In this document: piece by piece, positions 55,232-64,000 of the stretch | Numbering within the stretch: position 1 is the first letter of the stretch | Layout: each line of letters starts with the position of its first letter | Source: Gemmatimonadota bacterium | GTDB taxonomy: Bacteria; Gemmatimonadota; Gemmatimonadetes; Longimicrobiales; Longimicrobiaceae | DNA length: 64,000 nt | Reading direction: 5' to 3' | Assembly (NCBI GenBank): GCA_013820915.1 | Contig: JACDHR010000001.1 | Span: forward strand, 8,641-72,640 | The notes under the pieces: generated by a model | What the model saw: the letters and a program-made list of their open reading frames with translations, nothing else | Told to the model about the DNA's origin: nothing | Databases searched by the model: none | Position numbers and translations under genes: made by a program

Positions 55232-55822
55232 CTACTCGCCCGGAACGCCCTCTTCGTCGCGGTCGGCGATGCCCGATTCCTCGGCCGCCTTCAGCGCCGA
55301 GAGCGCGTCCAGCTCGTCCTGCGCGATGTCTGCCAGTTCCAGCGCTTCCGCCGCCGCTTCGGCGCCCGCGCCGAACAGGAAGACAGCGATCCCGGACTGG
55401 CGGAGGTGCTCCGCGACATCGATCCGGTCCTCGAAGGCACAGACAACCTCGTACTCCTCGCAGAGGCGGTCGACCTCCTCGACCTTGAACTCACCCGCAG
55501 CCCGGAACTCGCCGTCCGGGCGCATGAGGAGGCGGTCGTAGTCGGTGAGCCCGTTCGCCTTCAGCCATTGCTCCGTCTTTGGACGCGTGTACTCCGGGCG
55601 CCCGGTGAGGAATATCGTGCGGATTCCGGCGAGACGCAGCGCGCGCAGGATCTCCATCGAGGCCGCGATCGGAGCGTCCTCGTCGATCGCGTCGAAGTAG
55701 GACTTCCAATCCCTCTTCCTTCCCTGCTCGACCTCCACGAAGTGGGCCCTGGCATGGTCGTTCGAGAGGGTGCCGTCCAGGTCCCAGATCACGGCTTTCG
55801 GCTTTGATTGTCGGTCAGGCAT
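55232..55822 (-). CDS. HAD-superfamily phosphatase-like protein with acidic C-terminal tail
   Basis: Motif I is VIWDLDGTL. FLTGRPE is also present. The PNK-3'-phosphatase-like HAD layout is an inference. Confidence 0.7.
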   Translation of the reverse strand: MPDRQSKPKAVIWDLDGTLSNDHARAHFVEVEQGRKRDWKSYFDAIDEDAPIAASMEILRALRLAGIRTIFLTGRPEYTRPKTEQWLKANGLTDYDRLLMRPDGEFRAAGEFKVEEVDRLCEEYEVVCAFEDRIDVAEHLRQSGIAVFLFGAGAEAAAEALELADIAQDELDALSALKAAEESGIADRDEEGVPGE

Positions 55823-55833
55823 AGGGTAACAAA

Positions 55834-55868
55834 GTTATCGGTTATCAGTTATCAGTTTTCGGCTATCG
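55834..55868. repeat. five tandem heptamers GTTATCR directly upstream of the HAD gene start
   Basis: gttatcg gttatca gttatca gttttcg gctatcg, read directly. Begins 12 nt from the start codon at 55822. Confidence 0.75.
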
Positions 55869-55888
55869 GTCCGGAACGTATGTACGTC

Positions 55889-56028
55889 ATTCCCGCGAAC
55901 TCGGGAATCCAGAGCGGGGGGATAGCTCCTCGCGGCACCCTCACCCCCGGCTCGTAAGCTCGCCACCCCCTCTTCCACGAGGGGAGAGGGGGAGCCGCAG
56001 CGAGGTACGAGCCAGGCGGGGGTGAGGG
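55889..56028. repeat. REP/MITE-like palindromic elements
   Basis: ATTCCCG-cgaact-CGGGAAT (55889..55908). A ~91-bp imperfect palindrome (55938..56028) has arms ccctcacccccggctcgta... / ...tacgagccaggcgggggtgaggg. Off-frame translation gives the IPEFAGMT-type peptide often seen for such repeats. Confidence 0.55.
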
Positions 56029-56116
56029 CCACGTGATCCCGCAGGACACTGGATTCCCTCTTCTTCGCCTGCGGCTCAGTGGCCTCCGCGGCTACGCCGC
56101 TCCGGTTCCCTCTTCT

Positions 56117-56860
56117 CTATTTCTTGGGCGGTTGGCTGGGGCGCACCTCGATTCGAGAGGGCAGCGCCCGCGAGTGCATGGATAGCAGGTCCATCACCAG
56201 CTTCGCGATGTCCTCGGGTTGGATCATCCAGGCCGTCTCCCGCTGCTCGCTGTGCGAGCCGCCGGGCCCGGAGAAATCGGTGTTCACGCTGCCCGGCATG
56301 ATATAGTTCACGCGGATGCCGTCGTGACGCACGTCCATCATCAGCGCTTCGGAGAAGCCGACCAGGCCGAACTTCGAGGCGTTGTACGCCGCGCCGCCCG
56401 CGAACGCGTTCTTACCTGCCAGCGACGCGATGTTGATAATCCATGCGTCGCCGCTTTCCCGGAGGTGCGGGATCGCCGCGTGACAGCAGTAGAAGACACC
56501 GCTCAGATTGGTCTCGATCACCTGGTCCCACTTCTCGACGCTCAGCTCCTCGACAGACCCGAACGCGCCCACGCCCGCGTTGTTGATGAGGATGTCGAGG
56601 CTGCCGAGCTCGCGAACCGTTTCCTCAACCAGGCGCTGCACGTCCTCCGCTCGGCGCACGTCGCACGGGATCCCGACCACCCGTCCTCCCCCCTGCTCCG
56701 CAAGCTCGCGCGCGGCCACCTGAACCTCGTCCGCGCTCCGCGCCGAGATCGCGACATTCGCCCCAGCCGCAGTCAGCGCCCGCGCGATGCCGTACCCGAT
56801 CCCCTTACTTCCTCCCGTGACGATCGCCGTCTTCCCGCGTATCTGCTCGCTCATGTCCAT
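56117..56860 (-). CDS. short-chain dehydrogenase/reductase (SDR) family oxidoreductase
   Basis: TGGSKGIGYGIA (TGxxxGxG), NNAG and YNASK catalytic motifs. 247 aa. Confidence 0.9.
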   Translation of the reverse strand: MDMSEQIRGKTAIVTGGSKGIGYGIARALTAAGANVAISARSADEVQVAARELAEQGGGRVVGIPCDVRRAEDVQRLVEETVRELGSLDILINNAGVGAFGSVEELSVEKWDQVIETNLSGVFYCCHAAIPHLRESGDAWIINIASLAGKNAFAGGAAYNASKFGLVGFSEALMMDVRHDGIRVNYIMPGSVNTDFSGPGGSHSEQRETAWMIQPEDIAKLVMDLLSMHSRALPSRIEVRPSQPPKK

Positions 56861-57060
56861 TCCGTGTGTATGTGAGAATGTCGCGAGAAAATAGCTGCAG
56901 CCAGCGTGCCAGGCCGGAGAAAGCGTCGTGGCATGCTGGCTGCATGGCGTCTTCTACAATTCGTCATCGGCAGCTCGCGGCGGTGCAGTTCGCGCATCGT
57001 GACTCCGGCCCCCGCGGCCAGGCGCCGAGCCTCCGCTCATCTTTACAGCCCAGCCGCGCT

Positions 57061-57783
57061 ATGTGGAATCGGGAGCACCACCGCTGGTACAGCCCCTCGC
57101 TGGGGCGCGACATGGAACTCCTGCTCTTCGGCCACGCGGGAGCGCGTTGCGTGGTGTTCCCCACCTCCCAAGGCCGCTTCTTCGAGTGGGAGGATCAGGG
57201 AATGATCCAGGCGCTCGGCGCGCACCTGCAAGAGGGGTGGCTCCAGATCGTCTGTGTAGACAGTGTGGACGCCGAGAGCTGGTATGCGAGGTGGAAGCAC
57301 CCGGCAGACCGTGCCCGGCGGCAGGGCGATTACGAACGCTACGTCCTGGACGAGGTTCTCCCCTTCTCCGCGAACCGCAGCGCGAGCCCTTTCGTGATTA
57401 CCACGGGTGCCAGCTTCGGCGCGTATCATGCGGTGGACATGGCGTTCCGGCACCCCGACCGTTTCGGACGCGTGATCGGCCTGAGCGGCCTGTACGACAT
57501 CAAGGAGATGACCTCCGGGTACTCGGATGGCGAGGTCTGGGCGCATGATCCATCGCAGTACGTGTCGCAGATCAGCGATTCCCACTGGGTCGACGCGATG
57601 CGGAGGCTGGACATCATTCTGGCGACCGGCCGGGGCGACTCCTTCGTCGGCAACAACGAGTATCTCAGCCGCGCCCTCTGGGCGCGCGGGATCGGAAACG
57701 GGCTGCGCCTCTGGGACGGATGGGCGCACGACTGGCCCTGGTGGCGTGAGATGATCGTGAAGTACATCGGCGGCCACGACTGA
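57061..57783 (+). CDS. alpha/beta-hydrolase 'esterase family' protein (PF00756-like)
   Basis: ATG at 57061 (MWNREHHRWYSPSLGRDMELLLFG). GASFGAYHA nucleophile-elbow-like motif. The upstream part of ORF 56866.. is unlikely to be coding. Confidence 0.75.
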   Translation: MWNREHHRWYSPSLGRDMELLLFGHAGARCVVFPTSQGRFFEWEDQGMIQALGAHLQEGWLQIVCVDSVDAESWYARWKHPADRARRQGDYERYVLDEVLPFSANRSASPFVITTGASFGAYHAVDMAFRHPDRFGRVIGLSGLYDIKEMTSGYSDGEVWAHDPSQYVSQISDSHWVDAMRRLDIILATGRGDSFVGNNEYLSRALWARGIGNGLRLWDGWAHDWPWWREMIVKYIGGHD

Positions 57784-57839
57784 TCGCGGCCGGCGAGCCG
57801 GCAGCCTCCACTTCCTCTTCCCCGCACCTACACGGAACT

Positions 57840-58796
57840 ATGGCGACGAAAATCGGATTGATCGTCGGGCGTGAGTGGTCGTTTCCCCCCGCATTCATCG
57901 AAGAAGTCAACCGGCGTGACGAGGGGGTAACGGCGGAATTCGTGACGCTGGACGCTCCAAGGATGGACGAGCCGTGCGAGTACGCCGTGATCATCGACCG
58001 CATCTCGCACGAGGTCCCCTTCTACCGCACGTATCTCAAGCACGCGGTGGTCCAGGGGTGTACGGTGGTCAACAACCCGTTCATGTGGACGGCCGACGAC
58101 AAGTTCTTCGGCGCCTCGCTCATCACGCAGCTCGGGGTCGCGAGCCCGAAAACGGTCGTGCTGCCCCACAAGGAGTACGTACCGGGGATCAAGCACGACG
58201 AGAGTCTCCGCAACCTCCGCTATCCGCTGGATTGGCAGGGGGTGATCGATTACATCGGCATGCCCTGCATCCTCAAGGACGCCCATGGTGGCGGGTGGAG
58301 AGATGTTTACGTGTGCCGCTCGCCGGAGGAGCTCATCCAGAACTACAACGAGTCGGGCATGCTCACGATGATCGTGCAGGAGTTCATCGAGTGGGACGAA
58401 TTCGTACGCTGCATGTGTCTCGGCCAGGACGAGATCCTGCCGATGAAGTACGACCCGCGGGAGCGCCGCTATCACGTGGAGCACGAGCATCTGAGCGCCG
58501 AGATCGGCCACCGCGTGGTGGAGGATGCGCGCACGATCGTCCGTGCGCTCGGCTATGACATGAACTCGATCGAGTTCGCGATCCGGGACGGTGTGCCCTA
58601 CGCGATCGACTTCATGAACCCGGCACCCGACATGGACGTCAACTCGCTCACGCCCCACTATTTCGAGTGGGTGGTGACGCATATGGCGGACATGGCGATC
58701 CGGCTCGCGAAGGAACCACGGCCGCAGAACCGCGAACTGCGCTGGGACACGTTGATCACGGGGCGACGGCAGGATATCGCCGCCCAATCCACCTGA
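57840..58796 (+). CDS. ATP-grasp domain ligase
   Basis: Pre-ATP-grasp layout. PCILKDAHGGGWRDV (Lys/Gly-rich loop), MIVQEFIE, and NSIEFAIRDGVPYAIDFMN (Mg/ATP-binding end). Confidence 0.85.
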   Translation: MATKIGLIVGREWSFPPAFIEEVNRRDEGVTAEFVTLDAPRMDEPCEYAVIIDRISHEVPFYRTYLKHAVVQGCTVVNNPFMWTADDKFFGASLITQLGVASPKTVVLPHKEYVPGIKHDESLRNLRYPLDWQGVIDYIGMPCILKDAHGGGWRDVYVCRSPEELIQNYNESGMLTMIVQEFIEWDEFVRCMCLGQDEILPMKYDPRERRYHVEHEHLSAEIGHRVVEDARTIVRALGYDMNSIEFAIRDGVPYAIDFMNPAPDMDVNSLTPHYFEWVVTHMADMAIRLAKEPRPQNRELRWDTLITGRRQDIAAQST

Positions 58797-58808
58797 ACCG
58801 CGACCCTC

Positions 58809-60161
58809 ATGGCGCTGCACGAAGCGATCGACACCTACCACGAGCTTCTCGGCGACGACATCGCCGGGGAATCGCAGCGGCAGCTGGATGCGCAGCTCCG
58901 CCGGAAAGGCCTCTTCTTCGGTGATCGGCCGCTCTGCACCGTACTGCGGCCGCGGTTCCTCACCCCGGAGCAGTACCGGTTCCTCCAGGCCCGAATCGCG
59001 CTGCTGCTGGGCTCCTTCGACCGCGTCTACCGGGCCGCGATCGCCGACGCGGGCTTCCGCGCCCAGTTCCGCCTCTTCGACTGGGAGGAGGAGCTGGTGC
59101 AGCAGGACCACGGCTTCCGCGACGCCAGCCCCGTGTCGCGCCTGGATGCGTTCTTTGTATCGGAGAAGGGCGGGCTGAAGTTCACCGAGTACAACGCGGA
59201 GACACCGGCCGGCGCGGCCTACGGAGATCTCCTCTCCGAGGTCTTCCTCGGCCTCCCAGTGATGCGCGAGTTCCTGCGCCGCTTTCAGGCGCGCCCGCTT
59301 CCCGCGCGGCACATGGTGCTGCACGCGCTGACCACCGCGTACCGCGAGTGGTCGGGCAGGAGCGAGGCGCCACGCATCGGCATCCTGGACTGGAGCGAGG
59401 TCCCCACCTACAGCGAGTTCCTGGTCACGGTGGACTACTTCCGCTCGCAGGGGATCGAGTGCATCATCGCCGACCCGCGCGAGGTGGAGTACCGCGATGG
59501 GAAGCTGATGGCGGGCGACTTCCACATCACGCTGGTCTACAAGCGGGTGCTGATCTCGGAACTGGTAGAGCGCGAGGGCCTCACCCACCCGATCGTGCGT
59601 GCGGTACGCGACGGCGCGGTGTGCATGGTGAACCCGTTCCGCTGCAAGATCCTGCACAAGAAAGCCAGCCTCGCCGTGCTCAGCGACGAGCGCAACGCGC
59701 ACCTCTTCAGCCAGCGGGAGCACGAGACGATCGCGATGCACATCCCGTGGACGCGGGTTGTGGAGGAACGGAAGACGCAGTACCGCGACGAGACGATTGA
59801 CCTCCTTGACTGGACACTGCGGAACCGCGAGCACCTGGTCCTCAAGCCCAACGACGAGTACGGCGGAACCGGGATCGTGCTGGGCTGGGAGGTGGACGAC
59901 GCGCAGTGGGAGCAGGCACTTCACCGGGCAGGCGAAGAGGCGTACATCGTCCAGGAGCGGATCACGATCCCGCGCGAGGCGTTCCCGAGCATGGTCGATG
60001 GAGAGATGCAGCTTCACGACCGGATCCTCGACACCGCGCCCTTCTGCTTCCACGGCACGTTCATGGAAGGGTGCATGACCCGCCTCTCGACGGAGGCGCT
60101 GGTCAACGTAACGGCCGGTGGCGGATCCAGCGTTCCGACATTTATCATAGAGAAACGGTAG
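58809..60161 (+). CDS. circularly permuted ATP-grasp type 2 protein
   Basis: RLDAFFVSEKGGLKFTEYNAETPAG...LVLKPNDEYGGTGIVLG...YIVQERI pattern. Order of elements is consistent with CP_ATPgrasp_2 (from memory of the family, not searched). Confidence 0.72.
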   Translation: MALHEAIDTYHELLGDDIAGESQRQLDAQLRRKGLFFGDRPLCTVLRPRFLTPEQYRFLQARIALLLGSFDRVYRAAIADAGFRAQFRLFDWEEELVQQDHGFRDASPVSRLDAFFVSEKGGLKFTEYNAETPAGAAYGDLLSEVFLGLPVMREFLRRFQARPLPARHMVLHALTTAYREWSGRSEAPRIGILDWSEVPTYSEFLVTVDYFRSQGIECIIADPREVEYRDGKLMAGDFHITLVYKRVLISELVEREGLTHPIVRAVRDGAVCMVNPFRCKILHKKASLAVLSDERNAHLFSQREHETIAMHIPWTRVVEERKTQYRDETIDLLDWTLRNREHLVLKPNDEYGGTGIVLGWEVDDAQWEQALHRAGEEAYIVQERITIPREAFPSMVDGEMQLHDRILDTAPFCFHGTFMEGCMTRLSTEALVNVTAGGGSSVPTFIIEKR

Positions 60162-60248
60162 CTTTCCGCGGATCGGCGCCCGGAGGGCCGGCGCTCTGCC
60201 ATGGCGGAACGGCAGCCGCACCACTCGCGACAAAGGAAAGGCTTTTTC

Positions 60249-61376
60249 ATGAAAGCGCCTTCACTGACCATCGGCGTCGAGGAAGAGTACCAGATCATCG
60301 ATCCTGAAACGCGGGAGTTGCGCTCGTATATCACCGAGATCCTGAACGACGACACGCTCATCCTGGGCGAGGTGAAGCCCGAGCTTCACCAGTCGATCGT
60401 GGAGATCGGCACCCGTGTCTGCGAGACGCCCGCGGACGCCTGCGCCGAGCTTCGCCGGCTCCGCGGAATGGTGATGGGCCTCGCCGCGCGAAAAGGGCTC
60501 AAAGTCGTCGCGGCGGGAACTCATCCGTTCTCCTCCTGGCTGACGCAGGAGATCACTCCGCTCGAGCGCTACCTCGGTGTGAAGCAGGACATGCAGGACC
60601 TGGCGCAGCAGCTCCTGATCTTCGGAACGCACGTGCACATCGGGATCGAGGATCGCGAGTTCCTGATCGACGCGATGAACGTCTCGCGCTACTTCCTTCC
60701 GCATCTGCTCTGCCTTACCTCCAGCTCGCCGTTCTGGATGGGACGCAACACAGGGCTCAAGTCGTATCGGAGCGTCATCTTCCGGAACTTCCCGCGGACC
60801 GGGATACCACGGATCATGCGCTCCTGGGGAGATTTTCAGTACCTACAGGACACACTCGTCCGCACCCGCTCCATCCCGGACGGCTCCAAGATCTACTGGG
60901 ACGTACGGCCGCACCACCTCTATCCGACCCTGGAATTCCGGTTCCTCGACGTGTGCACCCGCGTCGAGGAGGCGGTGTGCATTGCGGCGATCCTGCAGGC
61001 GCTGATCGCCAAGCTCTGGAAGATGCGCCGCGACAATGTCACCTTCCGCGTCTACCCTGCCGATCTCATCGAGGAAAACAAGTGGCGCTCGGTGCGCTAC
61101 GGGCTGGACGGCAACCTGATCGACTTCGGGAAACTGCAGGATTTCCCCGCGCGCGAGCTGATCCGTGAAATGCTGGAATGGTTCATCGGCGATGTGGTCG
61201 ACGAACTCGGCAGCCGTACCGAAGTGGAGTATGCCTTCAAGATCCTGGAGCAGGGCTCGAGCGCCGATCGCCAGCTCGCCGTGTTCGAGGAGACCAACGA
61301 TCTGAAGTCGGTGGTCGATCACCTCATCCGCGAGACGGAGGAGGGGGTGGTCTCGAAGTCGGAGGCCGCCGCGTGA
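60249..61376 (+). CDS. carboxylate-amine ligase, GCS2 / YbdK family
   Basis: RBS AAAGGAAAGG then ATG at 60249. [43 protein letters not shown] and WDVRPH...TLEFRFLD motifs. Confidence 0.88.
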   Translation: MKAPSLTIGVEEEYQIIDPETRELRSYITEILNDDTLILGEVKPELHQSIVEIGTRVCETPADACAELRRLRGMVMGLAARKGLKVVAAGTHPFSSWLTQEITPLERYLGVKQDMQDLAQQLLIFGTHVHIGIEDREFLIDAMNVSRYFLPHLLCLTSSSPFWMGRNTGLKSYRSVIFRNFPRTGIPRIMRSWGDFQYLQDTLVRTRSIPDGSKIYWDVRPHHLYPTLEFRFLDVCTRVEEAVCIAAILQALIAKLWKMRRDNVTFRVYPADLIEENKWRSVRYGLDGNLIDFGKLQDFPARELIREMLEWFIGDVVDELGSRTEVEYAFKILEQGSSADRQLAVFEETNDLKSVVDHLIRETEEGVVSKSEAAA

Positions 61377-61457
61377 AGCGGGGCATGTGAGCGCGGGCAT
61401 CTAGGCAGAATGGCCGGAATCCGCTAGATTACCACGCCGTAACCATTTACACTACGT

Positions 61458-61473
61458 GCTCCCCTCGGGGAGC
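61458..61473 (+). terminator. short hairpin plus T-rich tail between the GCS2 and C26 genes (possible attenuator or terminator)
   Basis: gctcccc-tc-ggggagc followed by cgtttctta. The stem is short, so function is uncertain. Confidence 0.35.
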
Positions 61474-61496
61474 CGTTTCTTATCTCGGACTTTATC

Positions 61497-62273
61497 ATGC
61501 AACGACCTACAATCGGGGTTCCGACACAGACCTTGCAGGCAATCGACGGGATCCCCGCCGGGCTTCCGCACTCCTGGGTGATGAATCACCGCTACTTCAC
61601 CGCGCTCGTCGCTTCGGGCGCGGTGCCGTGGATGATCCCGCTGATGGACAGCGAGACGGATACGCTGCGCGCGATCTACGATCGGTTGGACGGCCTCTTC
61701 ATCGCCGGCGGCGTGGACCTGGACCCTTCGAGCTACGGCGAGGAGCAGCACCCCCTCTGCGGGCGCACGGACCTCTCGCGCGACCGGGTCGAGCTGATGA
61801 TGACGAAGTGGGCGCTGGAGGACAAGAAGCCGGTCTTCGGCGTGTGCCGCGGGATGCAGGTGATCAACGTGGCCGCGGGCGGGACTCTGTACCAGGACTG
61901 CACGGAGCTGTATGCCGGCTCCATCAAGCACGACTACTTCCCAACGGCCGGGTTCGCGCGCGACCACCTGGCGCACGAGGTTCGGCTCGCGGACGAATCA
62001 CGGCTCCGCCAGATCTTCGGGTCGCCGGTCATCCGGGTGAACAGCATGCACCATCAGGGGATCCGCACGCTCGGCGAGGGTCTGATGTCGAGCGCGTATG
62101 CGGAAGACGAGTTGATCGAGGCGCTCGAGGGTACGACGGACCACTTCCTCGTGGGCGTGCAATGGCACCCCGAGATGCTCGTCGACGGAGACGCCGGTAC
62201 ACGCCGGCTCTTCGATTCGTTCATCGAGGACGCCCGCGAGTGGAGGGAGAGCCACGCCGTGGTCGGCGTGTAG
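61497..62273 (+). CDS. class I glutamine amidotransferase-like / peptidase C26 (gamma-glutamyl hydrolase, PuuD-like)
   Basis: GVCRGMQVINVAAGG (nucleophile Cys) and the HHQG / QWHPE triad region. Confidence 0.88.
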   Translation: MQRPTIGVPTQTLQAIDGIPAGLPHSWVMNHRYFTALVASGAVPWMIPLMDSETDTLRAIYDRLDGLFIAGGVDLDPSSYGEEQHPLCGRTDLSRDRVELMMTKWALEDKKPVFGVCRGMQVINVAAGGTLYQDCTELYAGSIKHDYFPTAGFARDHLAHEVRLADESRLRQIFGSPVIRVNSMHHQGIRTLGEGLMSSAYAEDELIEALEGTTDHFLVGVQWHPEMLVDGDAGTRRLFDSFIEDAREWRESHAVVGV

Positions 62274-62296
62274 CCCCCGTTGAGCCCGCAGAGGTG

Positions 62297-62331
62297 AGCG
62301 GGGGTACGGAACCGGGTTCCGTACCCCCGCT
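62297..62331. terminator. bidirectional perfect hairpin (17-bp arms) between convergent genes
   Basis: agcgggggtacggaacc-g-ggttccgtacccccgct, between the stops at 62273 (+) and 62335 (-). Confidence 0.7.
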
Positions 62332-62334
62332 GGC

Positions 62335-63195
62335 TCATGGTGCGACCGGCGCGCCGCCGTCGGGCGGACTGCCGAGCAGCAGCTTCAGCTCTTTGCGCAG
62401 TCGCCGAGCCCATGCCCTTTCTTCGTGTCGACCGCCTACCTCCACCACGTAGAAGAAGTCCCTTCCGCTCTGATAGTCCTTTGCGATCAGCAGCTCCCGG
62501 AGCCGCCGCACGTCTGTCAGTTCTTCCGCGCCCTCCTGCGTTCCCACATCCAGATAGATCTTCCCCGAGACGAAGGGCGCCTGCTCTACGTAGCCGAAGA
62601 TCGCGCGCTTGGCGAACCAGAGCGCGGGGCTCATCACGCCCGTGAAGCCGAATACGTCCGGATGGCGGAAGAAGGCGTACAGGCTGATCAGCCCGCCCAT
62701 CGATGACCCGGCGATCCCGGTGTGCTCGCGTGCGGGGTTGGTGCGGAAATCCCTGTCTACCGCCGGTTTCAGCGTGTTGACGATAAAGTAGAGGTACGCG
62801 TCGCCCTTCCCGCCGCCGTGCTTCGGATCGGCGAACGGGCTGTACTCGTCGCACCGTTCTTCCTCCATGTTGGGGATACCGACCACGATCGCCTCTAAGC
62901 CGTCCTGGCTGACGTCCTCCATGACCTCGTCCACCGCCCACTCGTCGGCGAAGCTGGTTGCCTTGTCGAACAGGTTCTGCCCGTCGTGCATGTAGATCAC
63001 GGGGTACCGCCGGTCGCCCGCGTCGTACGAGGGAGGGAGGTAGACCAGGATATCGCGGTGGTTCTCGAGCTCGGGGCTCCAGAACTGGTCCATCACCTTG
63101 ATCGTGCCCACCACGCTGTGCTCGCGCCCGTCCTCCACCGGATAATCCATCCAGCTCGGCACTACCAAGTCACTCTCTGTTCGGCTCTCACTCAT
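62335..63195 (-). CDS. alpha/beta-hydrolase esterase family protein (esterase D / IroE-like)
   Basis: YPVIYMHDGQNLFD and GSSMGG nucleophile elbow. 286 aa. Confidence 0.8.
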   Translation of the reverse strand: MSESRTESDLVVPSWMDYPVEDGREHSVVGTIKVMDQFWSPELENHRDILVYLPPSYDAGDRRYPVIYMHDGQNLFDKATSFADEWAVDEVMEDVSQDGLEAIVVGIPNMEEERCDEYSPFADPKHGGGKGDAYLYFIVNTLKPAVDRDFRTNPAREHTGIAGSSMGGLISLYAFFRHPDVFGFTGVMSPALWFAKRAIFGYVEQAPFVSGKIYLDVGTQEGAEELTDVRRLRELLIAKDYQSGRDFFYVVEVGGRHEERAWARRLRKELKLLLGSPPDGGAPVAP

Positions 63196-63282
63196 CGTTC
63201 GTGCTCATGATGTTGTGCTGCCTTTCCTCGTCCGCATCATGCGGCTTCGCTCTGAAGTTTGGTAGATCCGGAGGCCGCACGG

Positions 63283-63939
63283 CTACCAGCCCTGCTCGCC
63301 GATCAGCGGAACGAAGGTTACGGGGCCGAGCGACTCACGATGCCAGCGCTGCCCGTCGCGCGTGAAGCGGAACAGCTCCTGCCGCTCGCGGGAGCCGACC
63401 GGGATCACCAGCCGGCCGTGCTCCGGATGAAGCTGGTCCCGCAGATCGTCGGGGACCACGGGGCCGCCCGCCGTTACGATGATGCCGTCGAAGGGTGCGG
63501 TCTCCGGCCAGCCGAGTGTTCCATCGCCCACGCGGAAGCGGGTGCCACCGTAACCGAGCGCGCCGAGCTGTGTACGCGCCTCGCATGAGAGCTCCGGGTG
63601 CCGCTCGATGGTGAACACCTCGCCCGCCGGACCGACGACCTCCGCGAGTACGGCCGTCTGATACCCGCTCCCCGTGCCGATCTCCAGCACACGGTCGCCG
63701 GAGCGGAGCCGCAGTGCCTCCGTCATCAGGGCCACGATATACGGCTGCGAGATCGTCTGCCCGTTGGCGATCGGGAGCGCGCCATCCGCCCATGCCAGGT
63801 GGCGGCGCTCCGCGGGAACGAAGCGGTGGCGCGGCACGGCGGCCATGGCCGCCAGCGTCCGCGGGTCGCGGACGCCCCGGCTCTCGATCTGGAGGCGCAC
63901 CATCTCCTCCGCGGCACTCTGCTCCTCGTGCGGGTTCAT
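63283..63939 (-). CDS. pcm: protein-L-isoaspartate O-methyltransferase
   Basis: TISQPYIVA and VLEIGTGSGYQTAVLA (SAM-binding motif I). 218 aa. Confidence 0.92.
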   Translation of the reverse strand: MNPHEEQSAAEEMVRLQIESRGVRDPRTLAAMAAVPRHRFVPAERRHLAWADGALPIANGQTISQPYIVALMTEALRLRSGDRVLEIGTGSGYQTAVLAEVVGPAGEVFTIERHPELSCEARTQLGALGYGGTRFRVGDGTLGWPETAPFDGIIVTAGGPVVPDDLRDQLHPEHGRLVIPVGSRERQELFRFTRDGQRWHRESLGPVTFVPLIGEQGW

Positions 63940-64000
63940 GCTCAGACCTCGTGGGTGTGGGCACGCATGATGCCCTACTATTGCGGGAAGTGGAGCGGAG

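Noticed and set aside
57828-60233. 801-aa minus-strand ORF
   Set aside because: It is antisense to the ATP-grasp and CP-ATP-grasp genes, which have recognisable motifs. Its composition is Arg/Val/Leu/His-rich junk.
1-64000. Search by eye for tRNA, rRNA, tmRNA, transposase, integrase or phage genes
   Set aside because: No GTTCRANYC-type T-loop contexts, rRNA-like segments or transposase/integrase ORFs of 60 aa or more were recognised. The only hit is the weak 50-aa integrase-like remnant reported as a low-interest finding. A proper tRNAscan/Infernal run is needed to be definitive.

Overview
This is a 64-kb chromosomal window from a high-G+C diderm bacterium. The lineage cannot be fixed from sequence alone. 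ECF-sigma/Ser-Thr-kinase pairs, TamAB, LemA/TPM and many lipoproteins would fit a Gemmatimonadota- or Acidobacteriota-like organism, but that is inference only.

Housekeeping backbone: dnaE, accA, a PSP1/RicT-like gene, metG, M23 and M16 peptidases, yggT, the TPM-lemA operon, tamA-tamB, sucA-sucB-lpdA, fumC and pcm.

Accessory content:
(i) Two paralogous vapBC modules (7.3-8.0 kb and 52.8-53.5 kb) share the same promoter/operator design.
(ii) A MazF/PemK-type toxin-antitoxin pair and a small-ORF + nucleotidyltransferase pair are wedged inside the 2-oxoglutarate dehydrogenase operon.
(iii) Two paralogous ECF-sigma + Ser/Thr-kinase(TPR) modules (37.5-41.1 kb and 43.5-46.8 kb) each lie divergent to exported-protein genes.
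(iv) An exported-protein cluster (47.0-52.8 kb) holds a protein with five tandem FPGDHF repeats, a small Tat-signal protein and an orphan radical SAM/SPASM-like maturase. It ends in a decayed lipoprotein gene. This is my top candidate for an undescribed system.
(v) An amidoligase cluster (57.1-63.2 kb) holds an esterase, an ATP-grasp ligase, a circularly permuted ATP-grasp, a GCS2/YbdK-type ligase, a C26 gamma-glutamyl-hydrolase-like amidotransferase and a second esterase. It is predicted to make and turn over an unknown small peptide.

Non-coding structure: a 227-bp spacer built almost entirely from opposed octamer arrays (11 perfect CCTCGTAC units), a repeat-dense REP-like spacer at 55.8-56.1 kb, and several perfect GC hairpins between genes.

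No rRNA, tRNA, CRISPR array, transposase or intact integrase was recognised. Most long antisense or off-frame ORFs in the track are high-GC artefacts.
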